From positions 1 to 42,085 of the forward strand of contig CBDTVT010000001.1 of assembly GCA_965364275.1 (NCBI GenBank): 42,085 nt of DNA, in the 5' to 3' direction. The notes under the pieces were generated by a model. That model did no database searches, was not told where the DNA came from, and was given only the letters and a program-made list of their open reading frames with translations. Position numbers and translations under genes: made by a program. Shown in pieces: positions 8,979-18,032 of the stretch. Every line of letters begins with the position of its first letter. Position 1 is the stretch's first letter. The DNA comes from an uncultured Eudoraea sp. (GTDB lineage Bacteria; Bacteroidota; Bacteroidia; Flavobacteriales; Flavobacteriaceae).

Positions 8979-10028
8979 ATGGAGGAAAAAGCAAAAATAA
9001 GGGTTGGGATATCTATTGGCGATTTGAATGGTATTGGATGTGAAGTTGTCCTAAAAACATTTGAAGATCCCAGAATGACGGATTTTTGCACCCCAATTAT
9101 TTTTGCATCCAACAAAACCATATCTAAACAGAAGAACGATCTTGGAATCAACATTAACTACAATGGAATTAAAGAAGCTTCAAGGGCCATTGCGGGGAAA
9201 GTTAATGTAATAAATGTTTGGAACGAGATCCCAAATATACTCTATGGAAAAGCTACCGAAGAAAGTGGCGCCTATGCTTTAAAGTCACTTCGGGCAGCAG
9301 TAAATGCCTTAAAAAAGAATGAAATTGATTTACTTGTAACGGCGCCAATTAATAAAAACAATATACAAACCAAGGATTTTAACTTTCCGGGCCACACAGA
9401 CTTTCTGGCGAGTGAACTGGAAGGAGAAAGTTTAATGTTCATGGTCACTGAGACTTTAAGGATAGGATTACTAACAGACCATCTGGCTGTAAAAGATGTA
9501 CCTGAGGCCATTACACCTAAAGTTATACGTAATAAAATCCGGATCATGGAAGACTCTTTAAAAATGGATTTTGGCATACGAAAACCAAAAATTGCTCTAT
9601 TGGGGATTAATCCCCATAGTGGAGACAACGGGGTCATTGGCAAAGAGGATGATGAAGTATTAAAACCGGTTATTAGTGAATTATCGGATGAGGGGCACTT
9701 GGTATATGGCCCTTATGCAGCAGACAGTTTTTTTGGATCTGAAGGATATAAGAGCTTTGATGCAATTCTCGCAGCATATCACGATCAGGGTTTAATCCCC
9801 TTTAAAACGCTCTCTTTTGGGAAGGGGGTCAATTTTACTGCAGGCCTGTCAAAAGTGCGCACATCTCCCGATCATGGCACGGCATATGAAATAGCGGGTA
9901 AAGGTGAAGCTGATCCGGGGTCATTTAAGGAAGCAGTTTTTATGGCAATAAATATTTTCAGGAAAAGGATGGAGTTTCAAAAACTCATGAAAAATCCATT
10001 GCAAAAACATAAAATTAAACGAGCATGA
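8979..10028 (+). CDS. pdxA: 4-hydroxythreonine-4-phosphate dehydrogenase PdxA
   Basis: GDLNGIGCE, VTAPINK, FPGHTDF, GINPHSGD, YHDQGLIPFK, RTSPDHGTAYEIAG; start placed at ATG 8979. Confidence 0.95.
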   Translation: MEEKAKIRVGISIGDLNGIGCEVVLKTFEDPRMTDFCTPIIFASNKTISKQKNDLGININYNGIKEASRAIAGKVNVINVWNEIPNILYGKATEESGAYALKSLRAAVNALKKNEIDLLVTAPINKNNIQTKDFNFPGHTDFLASELEGESLMFMVTETLRIGLLTDHLAVKDVPEAITPKVIRNKIRIMEDSLKMDFGIRKPKIALLGINPHSGDNGVIGKEDDEVLKPVISELSDEGHLVYGPYAADSFFGSEGYKSFDAILAAYHDQGLIPFKTLSFGKGVNFTAGLSKVRTSPDHGTAYEIAGKGEADPGSFKEAVFMAINIFRKRMEFQKLMKNPLQKHKIKRA

Positions 10029-10087
10029 TATTAATATAACTCCAATAGTTTATAACATAATTCCTGGGAAATATATTTCCTTTTTAA

Positions 10088-10117
10088 TTGGGGTTTTAGA
10101 AAAAAAAAGTATCTTTG
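10088..10117 (+). promoter_or_regulatory. Bacteroidota sigma70 promoter (-33/-7) for yceD-rpmF
   Basis: TTG at 10088-10090, 19-nt spacer, TATCTTTG at 10110-10117. Confidence 0.7.
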
Positions 10118-10143
10118 CACGCCTTAAACTAGTGTATAACGCG

Positions 10144-10674
10144 ATGAAGAATAAGGAATACTGTATTCCTTTTGCAGGATTAAAACAAGGGAAACACAAG
10201 TTTGAATATCAAATAGACAATACGTTCTTTGAATCTTTTGATTACCATGAATTTAATGATGCGGAGATTAAACTTCACATTGTGTTAGACAGGATGTCAA
10301 CAGTTCTGGAGCTTGAAATGAAGACTAAGGGTACAGTAAATCTCTATTGCGATCTTACTAATGAATCTTTTGATCAAAAAATAAAAGCTTCTTTGAAACT
10401 TTTAGTAAAGTTTGGGGACGTCTACAATGACGAAGATGATGAAATACTCATTATTCCACATAGAGAACATCAGGTTAATATTTCGCAATACGTTTATGAA
10501 ATGATAGTATTGTCAGTACCTTCCAAACGTATACACCCGGGAGTATTAGACGGCACATTAAATTCGGAAGCACTTAAAAGGCTTGAAGAATTGCAACCAA
10601 AAGAGAATAAGAAAGACAAAAATAAAATAGATCCCAGATGGGAGGCATTAAAAAAATTACTAACGGATAAATAG
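10144..10674 (+). CDS. yceD: YceD / DUF177 family 23S rRNA accumulation protein
   Basis: [16 protein letters not shown]-terminus, [11 protein letters not shown]-terminus, and position directly upstream of rpmF. Confidence 0.88.
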   Translation: MKNKEYCIPFAGLKQGKHKFEYQIDNTFFESFDYHEFNDAEIKLHIVLDRMSTVLELEMKTKGTVNLYCDLTNESFDQKIKASLKLLVKFGDVYNDEDDEILIIPHREHQVNISQYVYEMIVLSVPSKRIHPGVLDGTLNSEALKRLEELQPKENKKDKNKIDPRWEALKKLLTDK

Positions 10675-10682
10675 ATTACAAA

Positions 10683-10880
10683 ATGGCACATCCTAAAAGG
10701 AAAATATCCAGAACAAGAAGAGATAAGAGAAGAACTCACTATAAAGCCATAGCGCCAACTCTTGCAAAGGATCCAACAACAGGAGAAATACATCTTTACC
10801 ACAGAGCTCATTGGCATGAAGGTAAATTGTATTACCGCGGACAAGTTCTAATTGATAAGACAGAAGAAGAAACAGTATAG
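10683..10880 (+). CDS. rpmF: 50S ribosomal protein bL32
   Basis: [21 protein letters not shown] ... YYRGQV; cysteine-free form. Confidence 0.97.
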   Translation: MAHPKRKISRTRRDKRRTHYKAIAPTLAKDPTTGEIHLYHRAHWHEGKLYYRGQVLIDKTEEETV

Positions 10881-10899
10881 TATACCTTGCTATAATTTT

Positions 10900-10933
10900 A
10901 AACTCCCAACTATAATTGTTTGGGAGTTTTTTT
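10900..10933 (+). terminator. Intrinsic terminator after rpmF
   Basis: AAACTCCCAA / TTGGGAGTTT stem followed by a T run. Confidence 0.75.
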
Positions 10934-11051
10934 ATGGGTTAGACGAAAATCTTTAAAAATCAGCTTTTTAGGCAAAAAGTCCTAAAAAATGACTATTTTT
11001 CACGAATTTTCGACCATTTTTTAAGGTTTCTTGATAAAAACCACACTTACT

Positions 11052-12062
11052 ATGGGAAGAATAACAGCAGCAATTACAGCTGTAGGGGCTTACGTGCCGG
11101 ACTTCAGGTTAACCAATAAAATGTTGGAAACTATGGTGGATACTACGGACGAATGGATTACCACCAGAACAGGAATTAGAGAAAGAAGAATACTAAAAGA
11201 TAAGGATAAAGGGACTTCTTTCCTGGCTATTAAAGCGGCTGAAAATTTAATTAGTAAGTCTAATTTAGACCCTGCTGAAATTGATCTGGTTATTGTTGGA
11301 ACTGCAACACCAGATTTACCAGTTGCTTCAACATCAGCCTATGTTGCTTCGCAAATTGGGGCGGTAAATGCCTTTTCCTTTGACATGCAGGCTGCCTGTT
11401 CAAACTTTTTATTTGGGATGTCTACAGCGGCACGTTATATAGAATCTGGCAAGTATAAGAAGGTTCTCCTGATAGGAGCAGATAAAATGTCTTCTATTCT
11501 TGATTATACTGAAAGAACTACCTGTATTATTTTTGGTGATGGGGGCGGAGCGGTTCTCTTTGAACCCAATGATGAGGGATTAGGATTGCAGGACGAATAT
11601 TTGAGATCTGATGGTACGGGAAGAGAGTTTTTAAAGATTGAAGCTGGGGGTTCGTTAATGCCTTCTTCTGAAGAAACCGTCAAAAACAAAAAGCATTATG
11701 TTTATCAGGACGGAAAATCTGTTTTTAAATTTGCTGTTTCAAATATGGCCGATGTGGCTGCCAAAATAATGGAACGTAATAATCTCACGCATGATGATGT
11801 GGCTTGGTTAATACCACATCAGGCGAACAAAAGAATTGTAGACGCTACAGCAAGGAGAATGGAATTGGAATCTTCCAAGGTGATGATGAATATTGATAAA
11901 TACGGTAATACAACTTCGGCAACATTACCATTACTGCTTTTTGATTACGAAAAGAAACTCAAAAAAGGGGATAACCTGGTATTTGCGGCTTTTGGCGGTG
12001 GATTCACCTGGGGATCCATATATTTAAAATGGGCATATAATGGCAATAACGAATCAAAATAG
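11052..12062 (+). CDS. fabH: Beta-ketoacyl-ACP synthase III
   Basis: DEWITTRTGIRERR, AACS, IFGDG, PHQANKRI, YGNTTSA, FGGGFTWG; Cys-His-Asn triad intact. Start placed at ATG 11052. Confidence 0.95.
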   Translation: MGRITAAITAVGAYVPDFRLTNKMLETMVDTTDEWITTRTGIRERRILKDKDKGTSFLAIKAAENLISKSNLDPAEIDLVIVGTATPDLPVASTSAYVASQIGAVNAFSFDMQAACSNFLFGMSTAARYIESGKYKKVLLIGADKMSSILDYTERTTCIIFGDGGGAVLFEPNDEGLGLQDEYLRSDGTGREFLKIEAGGSLMPSSEETVKNKKHYVYQDGKSVFKFAVSNMADVAAKIMERNNLTHDDVAWLIPHQANKRIVDATARRMELESSKVMMNIDKYGNTTSATLPLLLFDYEKKLKKGDNLVFAAFGGGFTWGSIYLKWAYNGNNESK

Positions 12063-12068
12063 AATACC

Positions 12069-12566
12069 ATGGATATAAAAGAAATTCAAAGTCTAATTAA
12101 ATTTGTAGCAAAATCTGGAGCTAGCGAAGTAAAGCTTGAAACTGATGAAATCAAGATTACTATTAGGACGGGAGCATTTAACTCTCCCCATGAAACTACA
12201 ACCTATGTACAGCAAATACCGGTAAGTAGTGCTCCCGTGGGCCCATCTTTGACTCCTGCATCAACCGATGGCGCAATCGCTTCTGAAGCTAGTGCAGACG
12301 CATCCGGCACCGAGGAAGATTCCAGATATATTACCATTAAATCTCCTATTATAGGCACTTTTTACAGAAAACCATCTCCTGACAAACCGCCATTTGTTGA
12401 GGTAGGTGCTAATATAGGGCAGGGTGATGTATTATGTGTAATTGAAGCAATGAAACTATTCAATGATATTGAATCTGAAGTTTCAGGTAAAATCATAAAA
12501 GTATTAGTTGAGGATTCTTCTCCGGTAGAATTTGACCAGCCATTGTTCCTGGTGGATCCCTCATAA
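12069..12566 (+). CDS. accB: Acetyl-CoA carboxylase biotin carboxyl carrier protein
   Basis: KSPIIGTFYRKPSP, biotinylation motif EAMKL, PVEFDQPLF. Confidence 0.97.
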   Translation: MDIKEIQSLIKFVAKSGASEVKLETDEIKITIRTGAFNSPHETTTYVQQIPVSSAPVGPSLTPASTDGAIASEASADASGTEEDSRYITIKSPIIGTFYRKPSPDKPPFVEVGANIGQGDVLCVIEAMKLFNDIESEVSGKIIKVLVEDSSPVEFDQPLFLVDPS

Positions 12567-12645
12567 TTTTATTTAATTGGACTCGTAATCGAAAACACTT
12601 TTAAGTGTTTGAATTCGGGTTCTTGAGAATTCTATAGTAAAAGCT

Positions 12646-13998
12646 ATGTTTAAAAAAATACTTATTGCAAATCGAGGTGAAATAGCCTTACGTATTATAC
12701 GGACCTGCAAGGAAATGGGCATTAAAACCGTGGCTGTTTACTCCAAAGCAGATGAAGAGAGCTTGCATGTTCGGTTTGCGGATGAGGCAGTTTGTATTGG
12801 CCCGGCACCCAGTAGCGAGTCCTATCTGAAAATACCCAATATAATTGCTGCCGCAGAAATTACGAATGCAGATGCAATTCATCCCGGATATGGGTTTTTA
12901 TCAGAAAATTCTAAATTTTCTAGAATTTGTGCAGAGCATGAAATTAAATTTATTGGTGCTTCCGGAGATCAGATTGATAAGATGGGGGATAAGGCTACGG
13001 CCAAAGAAACCATGAAAAAGGCCGGGGTACCGGTAATTCCGGGCTCGGCAGGTTTGCTGAAAGATATTGGACATGCCAAAAAAGAAGCGAAGAAAATGGG
13101 ATATCCCGTAATGCTAAAAGCTACTGCCGGTGGTGGTGGGAAAGGTATGAGGGCCGTTTGGAAGGAAGAGAATATTGAAGCGGCGTTTGAAAGTGCTGTA
13201 CAGGAGGCAACGGCCGCCTTTGGAAATGGCGGAATGTACATGGAAAAACTTCTTGAAGAACCAAGGCATATTGAAATTCAAATTATCGGGGACCAATATG
13301 GGAATGCATGTCACCTTTCAGAACGAGATTGCTCAATACAGCGCAGACATCAGAAACTCACTGAAGAAACCCCTTCCCCTTTTATGACAGATGACCTTAG
13401 GGAAGCTATGGGAAACGCTGCAGTAAAGGCGGCGGAGTATATAAAATATGAAGGTGCCGGCACCGTGGAATTCTTGGTGGATAAGCACCGTGAATTTTAT
13501 TTTATGGAAATGAATACACGTATTCAGGTAGAACATCCCATTACAGAACAGGTAGTGGATTATGACTTGATTAGGGAGCAGATTCTCGTAGCTGGCGGAG
13601 TACCTATTTCAGGTAAAAATTATGTCCCAAAACTTCATGCTATTGAATGCAGGATTAATGCGGAAGACCCCTATAATGATTTCAGGCCTTCACCTGGCAG
13701 AATAACTACATTGCACACCCCAGGAGGTCATGGGATTCGATTGGATACACATGTATACAGCGGATATATAATTCCTCCGAATTATGATTCCATGATTGCC
13801 AAGCTTATTACATCAGCCCAGACCAGGGAAGAGGCAATAAATAAAATGAAACGAGCTTTGGACGAATTTGTAATTGAAGGAATAGCCACAACTATTCCGT
13901 TTCACAGGCAATTAATGGACCATCCCGATTATCTGGCGGGGAATTATACCACTAAATTCATGGAAGATTTTAAAATGGATCCTAAACCAGAAGAATAG
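12646..13998 (+). CDS. accC: Acetyl-CoA carboxylase biotin carboxylase subunit
   Basis: [61 protein letters not shown]. Confidence 0.97.
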   Translation: MFKKILIANRGEIALRIIRTCKEMGIKTVAVYSKADEESLHVRFADEAVCIGPAPSSESYLKIPNIIAAAEITNADAIHPGYGFLSENSKFSRICAEHEIKFIGASGDQIDKMGDKATAKETMKKAGVPVIPGSAGLLKDIGHAKKEAKKMGYPVMLKATAGGGGKGMRAVWKEENIEAAFESAVQEATAAFGNGGMYMEKLLEEPRHIEIQIIGDQYGNACHLSERDCSIQRRHQKLTEETPSPFMTDDLREAMGNAAVKAAEYIKYEGAGTVEFLVDKHREFYFMEMNTRIQVEHPITEQVVDYDLIREQILVAGGVPISGKNYVPKLHAIECRINAEDPYNDFRPSPGRITTLHTPGGHGIRLDTHVYSGYIIPPNYDSMIAKLITSAQTREEAINKMKRALDEFVIEGIATTIPFHRQLMDHPDYLAGNYTTKFMEDFKMDPKPEE

Positions 13999-14004
13999 AA
14001 TATG

Positions 14005-14030
14005 AACTCCGGCCATCGTCGGAGTTTTTT
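14005..14030 (+). terminator. Intrinsic terminator after accC
   Basis: AACTCCGGC-catc-GTCGGAGTT followed by a T run. Confidence 0.75.
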
Positions 14031-14038
14031 ATAGCACG

Positions 14039-15151
14039 ATGAATCTTAGTTATTGGGAATATAAAACTTGGTTATCCAACATTGATTTTACTATTGTTGG
14101 GAGCGGTATTGTGGGCCTTAATTGCGCATATTATTTGAGCAAAAAATATCCAAAAGCGAAAATTCTTATTCTTGAAAAAGGGACTTTACCCCAGGGTGCA
14201 AGCACAAAAAATGCAGGATTTGCATGTTTTGGTAGTATCTCAGAAATTGTTAGTGACCTTAAAACCCATTCTCAGGAGGAAGTGCTGGAACTGGTGAGAA
14301 GCAGATGGGAAGGGATTCAATTATTACGCACTACTCTGGGGGATTCCAAAATGGATTTTCAACAACATGGAGGACATGAACTTTTTTTAAAAGAACACAC
14401 TAAATTATTTAGTGATTGTTCTGAAGCTCTAAGTAATATTAATAAGTTGCTTAAGCCTGTTTATGGCGAAGATGCATATTATTTCCATCCAAACACTTTT
14501 AACTTTAACAAGATTCAAAATCAATATATCACCAGTAGGTTTGAAGCACAAATTAATACCGGAGCCATGATGAATTCTTTGCTGTCATTGATCCGTCATG
14601 CTGGAGTAAACATATTAAATTCAATTACCGTTACCTCTTTTGATGACGGTCATGGAAACGTAAAGGTGTGTACTAACCAATTTGAATTTAAGACAAGAAA
14701 ACTTATAATCGCTACAAATGGATTTGCAGCTCAGCTTCTGGATGAAGAAGTTAAACCTGCAAGGTCACAGGTTTTAATTACAAAACCAATTAATAATCTT
14801 GAGATTAAAGGGACTTTTCATCTCGATGAGGGATATTATTACTTTAGAAATATTGATAATCGTATTCTTTTAGGCGGGGGTAGAAATCTGGATTTCAAAT
14901 CGGAAGAAACATCAGAATTTGGACAAACAGAACTAATTCAGAATCACCTGGACAACATGTTACAAGAAATCATTTTACCTCACACAGATTTTGAGATTGA
15001 ACGCAGATGGAGCGGGATTATGGGGATAGGTAATACAAAGAGACCAATTGTAAAGCAACTTTCTGATAACCTGATATGCGGAGTAAGGCTGGGAGGTATG
15101 GGGATTGCTATAGGTAGCTTGGTGGGAAAAAATTTAGCTGATTTAACCTGA
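14039..15151 (+). CDS. FAD-dependent oxidoreductase, DAO/glycine oxidase (PuuB-like) family
   Basis: IVGSGIVG Rossmann motif, GASTKNAGFAC, IIATNGF, YYYFRN, RRWSGIMG, GGMGIAIG. Confidence 0.85.
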   Translation: MNLSYWEYKTWLSNIDFTIVGSGIVGLNCAYYLSKKYPKAKILILEKGTLPQGASTKNAGFACFGSISEIVSDLKTHSQEEVLELVRSRWEGIQLLRTTLGDSKMDFQQHGGHELFLKEHTKLFSDCSEALSNINKLLKPVYGEDAYYFHPNTFNFNKIQNQYITSRFEAQINTGAMMNSLLSLIRHAGVNILNSITVTSFDDGHGNVKVCTNQFEFKTRKLIIATNGFAAQLLDEEVKPARSQVLITKPINNLEIKGTFHLDEGYYYFRNIDNRILLGGGRNLDFKSEETSEFGQTELIQNHLDNMLQEIILPHTDFEIERRWSGIMGIGNTKRPIVKQLSDNLICGVRLGGMGIAIGSLVGKNLADLT

Positions 15152-15152
15152 T

Positions 15153-15614
15153 ATGAAAATTTCAGTGGCCATCAAGGATGAATTACGCAGATTTTGTGTA
15201 TCATTCGCAGAAGATAGGATTGGACGTATCCAAAATAATATAAATAGCATTAACGATTCTCTAAAATCCGAGACAAAGAGTAGCGCGGGGGATAAACATG
15301 AAACAGGGAGGGCTATGATTCAACTTGAAAGGGAGAAGCTGGGGCATCAGCTATATGAAGCGGAAAAGATGAGACAGGCTTTAGCTGGTATTACTACTCT
15401 GGCAAGCCACGAAAATATTGGTCAGGGCAGTCTAGTGATTACTACAGAGGGGGTGTATTATATTTCAATTTCGGCGGGAGCTTTCAAAAAGGGCCCTGCC
15501 CAAATATATTGTGTTTCTTCACTTAGCCCTATTGGAAAAAAGTTATTGGGGAAATCTAAAGGTCATTGTTTTGATTTTAATCAAAAAACGATTTGTATTA
15601 AAAAGGTTCTTTAA
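15153..15614 (+). CDS. GreA/GreB-like protein (divergent Bacteroidota type)
   Basis: N-terminal coiled-coil hairpin with tip SETKSSAGDKHETGRAM; C-terminal VSSLSPIGKKLLGKSKG matches the GreA/GreB C-domain signature. Confidence 0.7.
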   Translation: MKISVAIKDELRRFCVSFAEDRIGRIQNNINSINDSLKSETKSSAGDKHETGRAMIQLEREKLGHQLYEAEKMRQALAGITTLASHENIGQGSLVITTEGVYYISISAGAFKKGPAQIYCVSSLSPIGKKLLGKSKGHCFDFNQKTICIKKVL

Positions 15615-15720
15615 CTTTTTTAATAAAGGAATTCCTTAAAACAACTCAGAATCATATATTTTTCAATAAATTGTTCTATGCCATCGGCAACCTTTAAATA
15701 ATTACATAATCCATATTGAC

Positions 15721-16560
15721 ATGAAAGTTTATAGGGTATATAAAGGGATTCTGATTGAAAACAAAGGAATCTTTTATCTTCTGGAAGGGGAAAGTTGGGA
15801 TTCATTTATTAATGACAATAACCTTTTTACAAAGATTGAGCGTCTGATTACCGGGATGGAGCCTTTACAAGATCCGGAAACTTATGTAAAAAAAGGACTC
15901 CTTGCTCCCGCAGAAAACCAGGAAATCTGGGCCAGCGGAGTTACCTATTTCAATAGCAAACTGGGACGTGAAGAAGAATCAAAAGAAAAAGGAGGCAGTA
16001 ATTTTTATGCCAGGGTATATGTTGCAGAACGGCCGGAATTGTTCTTTAAGTCTATGGGTTACAGAGCGGTTGGCTCTGGAGGAAAAGTTCGAATAAGAAA
16101 AGATTCTACCTGGGATGTTCCAGAACCTGAGTTAACCCTTGTAATTAGTTCATCCGGTAAAATAATTGGGTACACTATTGGGAATGATATGAGTTCCAGA
16201 AGCATTGAAGGAGAAAATCCTTTGTACTTGCCCCAGGCAAAGACTTACGATGGATCCGCAGCTATTGGCCCCTGTATTTTAGTTGTTGAAGGACCTCTTC
16301 CAAAAACAACAAAAATCAGGCTTGAAATACGGAGGGATAGTAAACAGGTATTTACCGGTGAGATAGGGATTGATCAAATTAAACGCAAGTTTGAAGATTT
16401 GGTAAGTTACCTCTATGCAGAAAATTCTTTTCCCTTTGGCAGCCTGCTAATGACGGGAACTGGAATAGTTCCTTCTACGGATTTTACTTTACAAAAAGGC
16501 GATGAAATTAAAATTGAGATTGATGGAATTGGCACCTTAATAAATACTGTAGACCAATAG
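15721..16560 (+). CDS. Fumarylacetoacetate hydrolase family protein, 2-keto-3-deoxy-pentonate dehydratase (XylX/KdaD)-like
   Basis: QEIWASGVTY, VYVAERPELFFK, PEPEL, GNDMSSRSIEGENPLYLPQAKTY, LMTGTGIVP. Confidence 0.85.
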   Translation: MKVYRVYKGILIENKGIFYLLEGESWDSFINDNNLFTKIERLITGMEPLQDPETYVKKGLLAPAENQEIWASGVTYFNSKLGREEESKEKGGSNFYARVYVAERPELFFKSMGYRAVGSGGKVRIRKDSTWDVPEPELTLVISSSGKIIGYTIGNDMSSRSIEGENPLYLPQAKTYDGSAAIGPCILVVEGPLPKTTKIRLEIRRDSKQVFTGEIGIDQIKRKFEDLVSYLYAENSFPFGSLLMTGTGIVPSTDFTLQKGDEIKIEIDGIGTLINTVDQ

Positions 16561-16565
16561 TTTAT

Positions 16566-16970
16566 TCAATCTTCTTCTGGTTTTTTCCGGCTCGTTTTCT
16601 TCTTTGCTACTACTCTTTTAGTTTTTAATCTTCTTTCTACCGAAGTTTTAGAAGGAGAAGTTTTTTTACGTCTTTTAGGAACTTTAAGAGCTTCCTCAAG
16701 TAGTTTTAGTAAACGGTCTTCTGCAATTTCCCTATTCTTATGTTGGCTCCGGGATTCGTCACATTGAACCTGCAGTTTATTTTCCGATGTAAGTCGTTTA
16801 TTGAGTTTTTTATATAGGCGTTCTTTTTCAGATGCATTAAACGCCTTTGAACTAGCCAGGTTTAAAGTAAGTTCCACTTTTGTAGATACTTTATTAACAT
16901 GCTGGCCACCTGCACCTCCACTTCGGACGGCTCTAAACTTTGATTCCTGTAATATCAAGTCTTTGTTCAT
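16566..16970 (-). CDS. arfB: Alternative ribosome rescue peptidyl-tRNA hydrolase ArfB
   Basis: RSGGAGGQHVNKVSTKVEL, RSQHKNR and a basic C-terminal tail (RRKKT..RRLKTK). Confidence 0.93.
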   Translation of the reverse strand: MNKDLILQESKFRAVRSGGAGGQHVNKVSTKVELTLNLASSKAFNASEKERLYKKLNKRLTSENKLQVQCDESRSQHKNREIAEDRLLKLLEEALKVPKRRKKTSPSKTSVERRLKTKRVVAKKKTSRKKPEED

Positions 16971-16984
16971 TTCGCAAAGGTTGA

Positions 16985-17959
16985 TTAGAGTTTTAGCCTT
17001 TGATTAATTGTTTCAAGAGAAATATTCAGAAAAACTTCTGTTTCAATTTCTATATTCCGTTCTGAATGGAAATAGATTATTTGCTCATCTGTAAGTCCTT
17101 CAACCAGATAATGACTTCCCATCGGATATGTTTTTTTTACAACCACGGGAAGACCGGAATTTCGGGATACTTTAAATTCATGAGCATAGACAATAATTTT
17201 TCGTTTGGTATCTGCATATGATTTAATAATGTTAATTGGAACCAAATTAGCTTCACCAAAGAGCGAAGCAATGTAAAGGTTTCGTGGGCTCTTATACAAC
17301 TCCTCGATGGGTTCTTCAGCTAATATTTGTCTATCCTTGAGTACGAGTACTCGGTCTGCAAATGGTAATATATCATTGTGATCATGAGTGGCGGTTAAGC
17401 AAGTTATCTTCTCTTGCTTCAGATAGTTGAATAAATTTCTTCTTAAACTGTTTTTTCTAAAGTTATCTATATGACTAAACGGTTCATCCAATAGCAACAC
17501 TTCAGGTTTTTGAGCTAAAGCCCTGGCCAGAGCAACGCGCTGTTGCTGTCCAATGCTCAATTGCTTTACTTTGGTTTTTGCAAACCTTTTCATTTCGATA
17601 ATCTCAAGCAACTCCTCAGTGCGTTCTTTTAGTTCTTTGGGATAAAATACGGAAAGATATTCAGAAATATTTTCAACCACGGTAGTAACTCCCATAAGGT
17701 CGAACCCCTGCGACATATACTTCATGTAAGACTCTCCGGGGACAAGATTAAAAAGAGGCCCCTTGACTTGTTTTCTTCCCCAAGAAATATTTCCTTGAGC
17801 CGGCTGAAGCGTTCCGTAAACTAGCTGTAAAAGGGTGCTTTTACCACAACCGCTTTCACCCATTACGCCCAGATGTTCACCTCTATCAACTGAGAAGCCA
17901 ATATCATCCAGTACCGAATCCTTGTCATAGGCAAAAGATAGACCGGTTATTTTTAACAT
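16985..17959 (-). CDS. ABC transporter ATP-binding protein (FbpC/PotA-like), no adjacent permease
   Basis: Walker A GESGCGKST, signature LSIGQQQR, Walker B LLLDEPF, H-loop THD. Confidence 0.85.
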   Translation of the reverse strand: MLKITGLSFAYDKDSVLDDIGFSVDRGEHLGVMGESGCGKSTLLQLVYGTLQPAQGNISWGRKQVKGPLFNLVPGESYMKYMSQGFDLMGVTTVVENISEYLSVFYPKELKERTEELLEIIEMKRFAKTKVKQLSIGQQQRVALARALAQKPEVLLLDEPFSHIDNFRKNSLRRNLFNYLKQEKITCLTATHDHNDILPFADRVLVLKDRQILAEEPIEELYKSPRNLYIASLFGEANLVPINIIKSYADTKRKIIVYAHEFKVSRNSGLPVVVKKTYPMGSHYLVEGLTDEQIIYFHSERNIEIETEVFLNISLETINQRLKL

Positions 17960-17982
17960 GATTATTATCTTAAACGACTTCT

Positions 17983-18014
17983 AAAAAAAATCCGTTTCTG
18001 TAGAAACGGATTTT
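17983..18014 (-). terminator. Intrinsic terminator after the prolyl oligopeptidase gene
   Basis: AAAATCCGTTTCT / AGAAACGGATTTT inverted repeat with an 8-T tract on the minus strand. Confidence 0.75.
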
Positions 18015-18032
18015 GCTCTGAATTATTGATAG

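Noticed and set aside
8921..9154. Long N-terminal extension of riboflavin synthase in the ORF track, and a possible FMN riboswitch
   Set aside because: The enzyme begins at the invariant MFTG; the extension is antisense to pdxA. The 58-bp gap has no room or motif for an FMN riboswitch.
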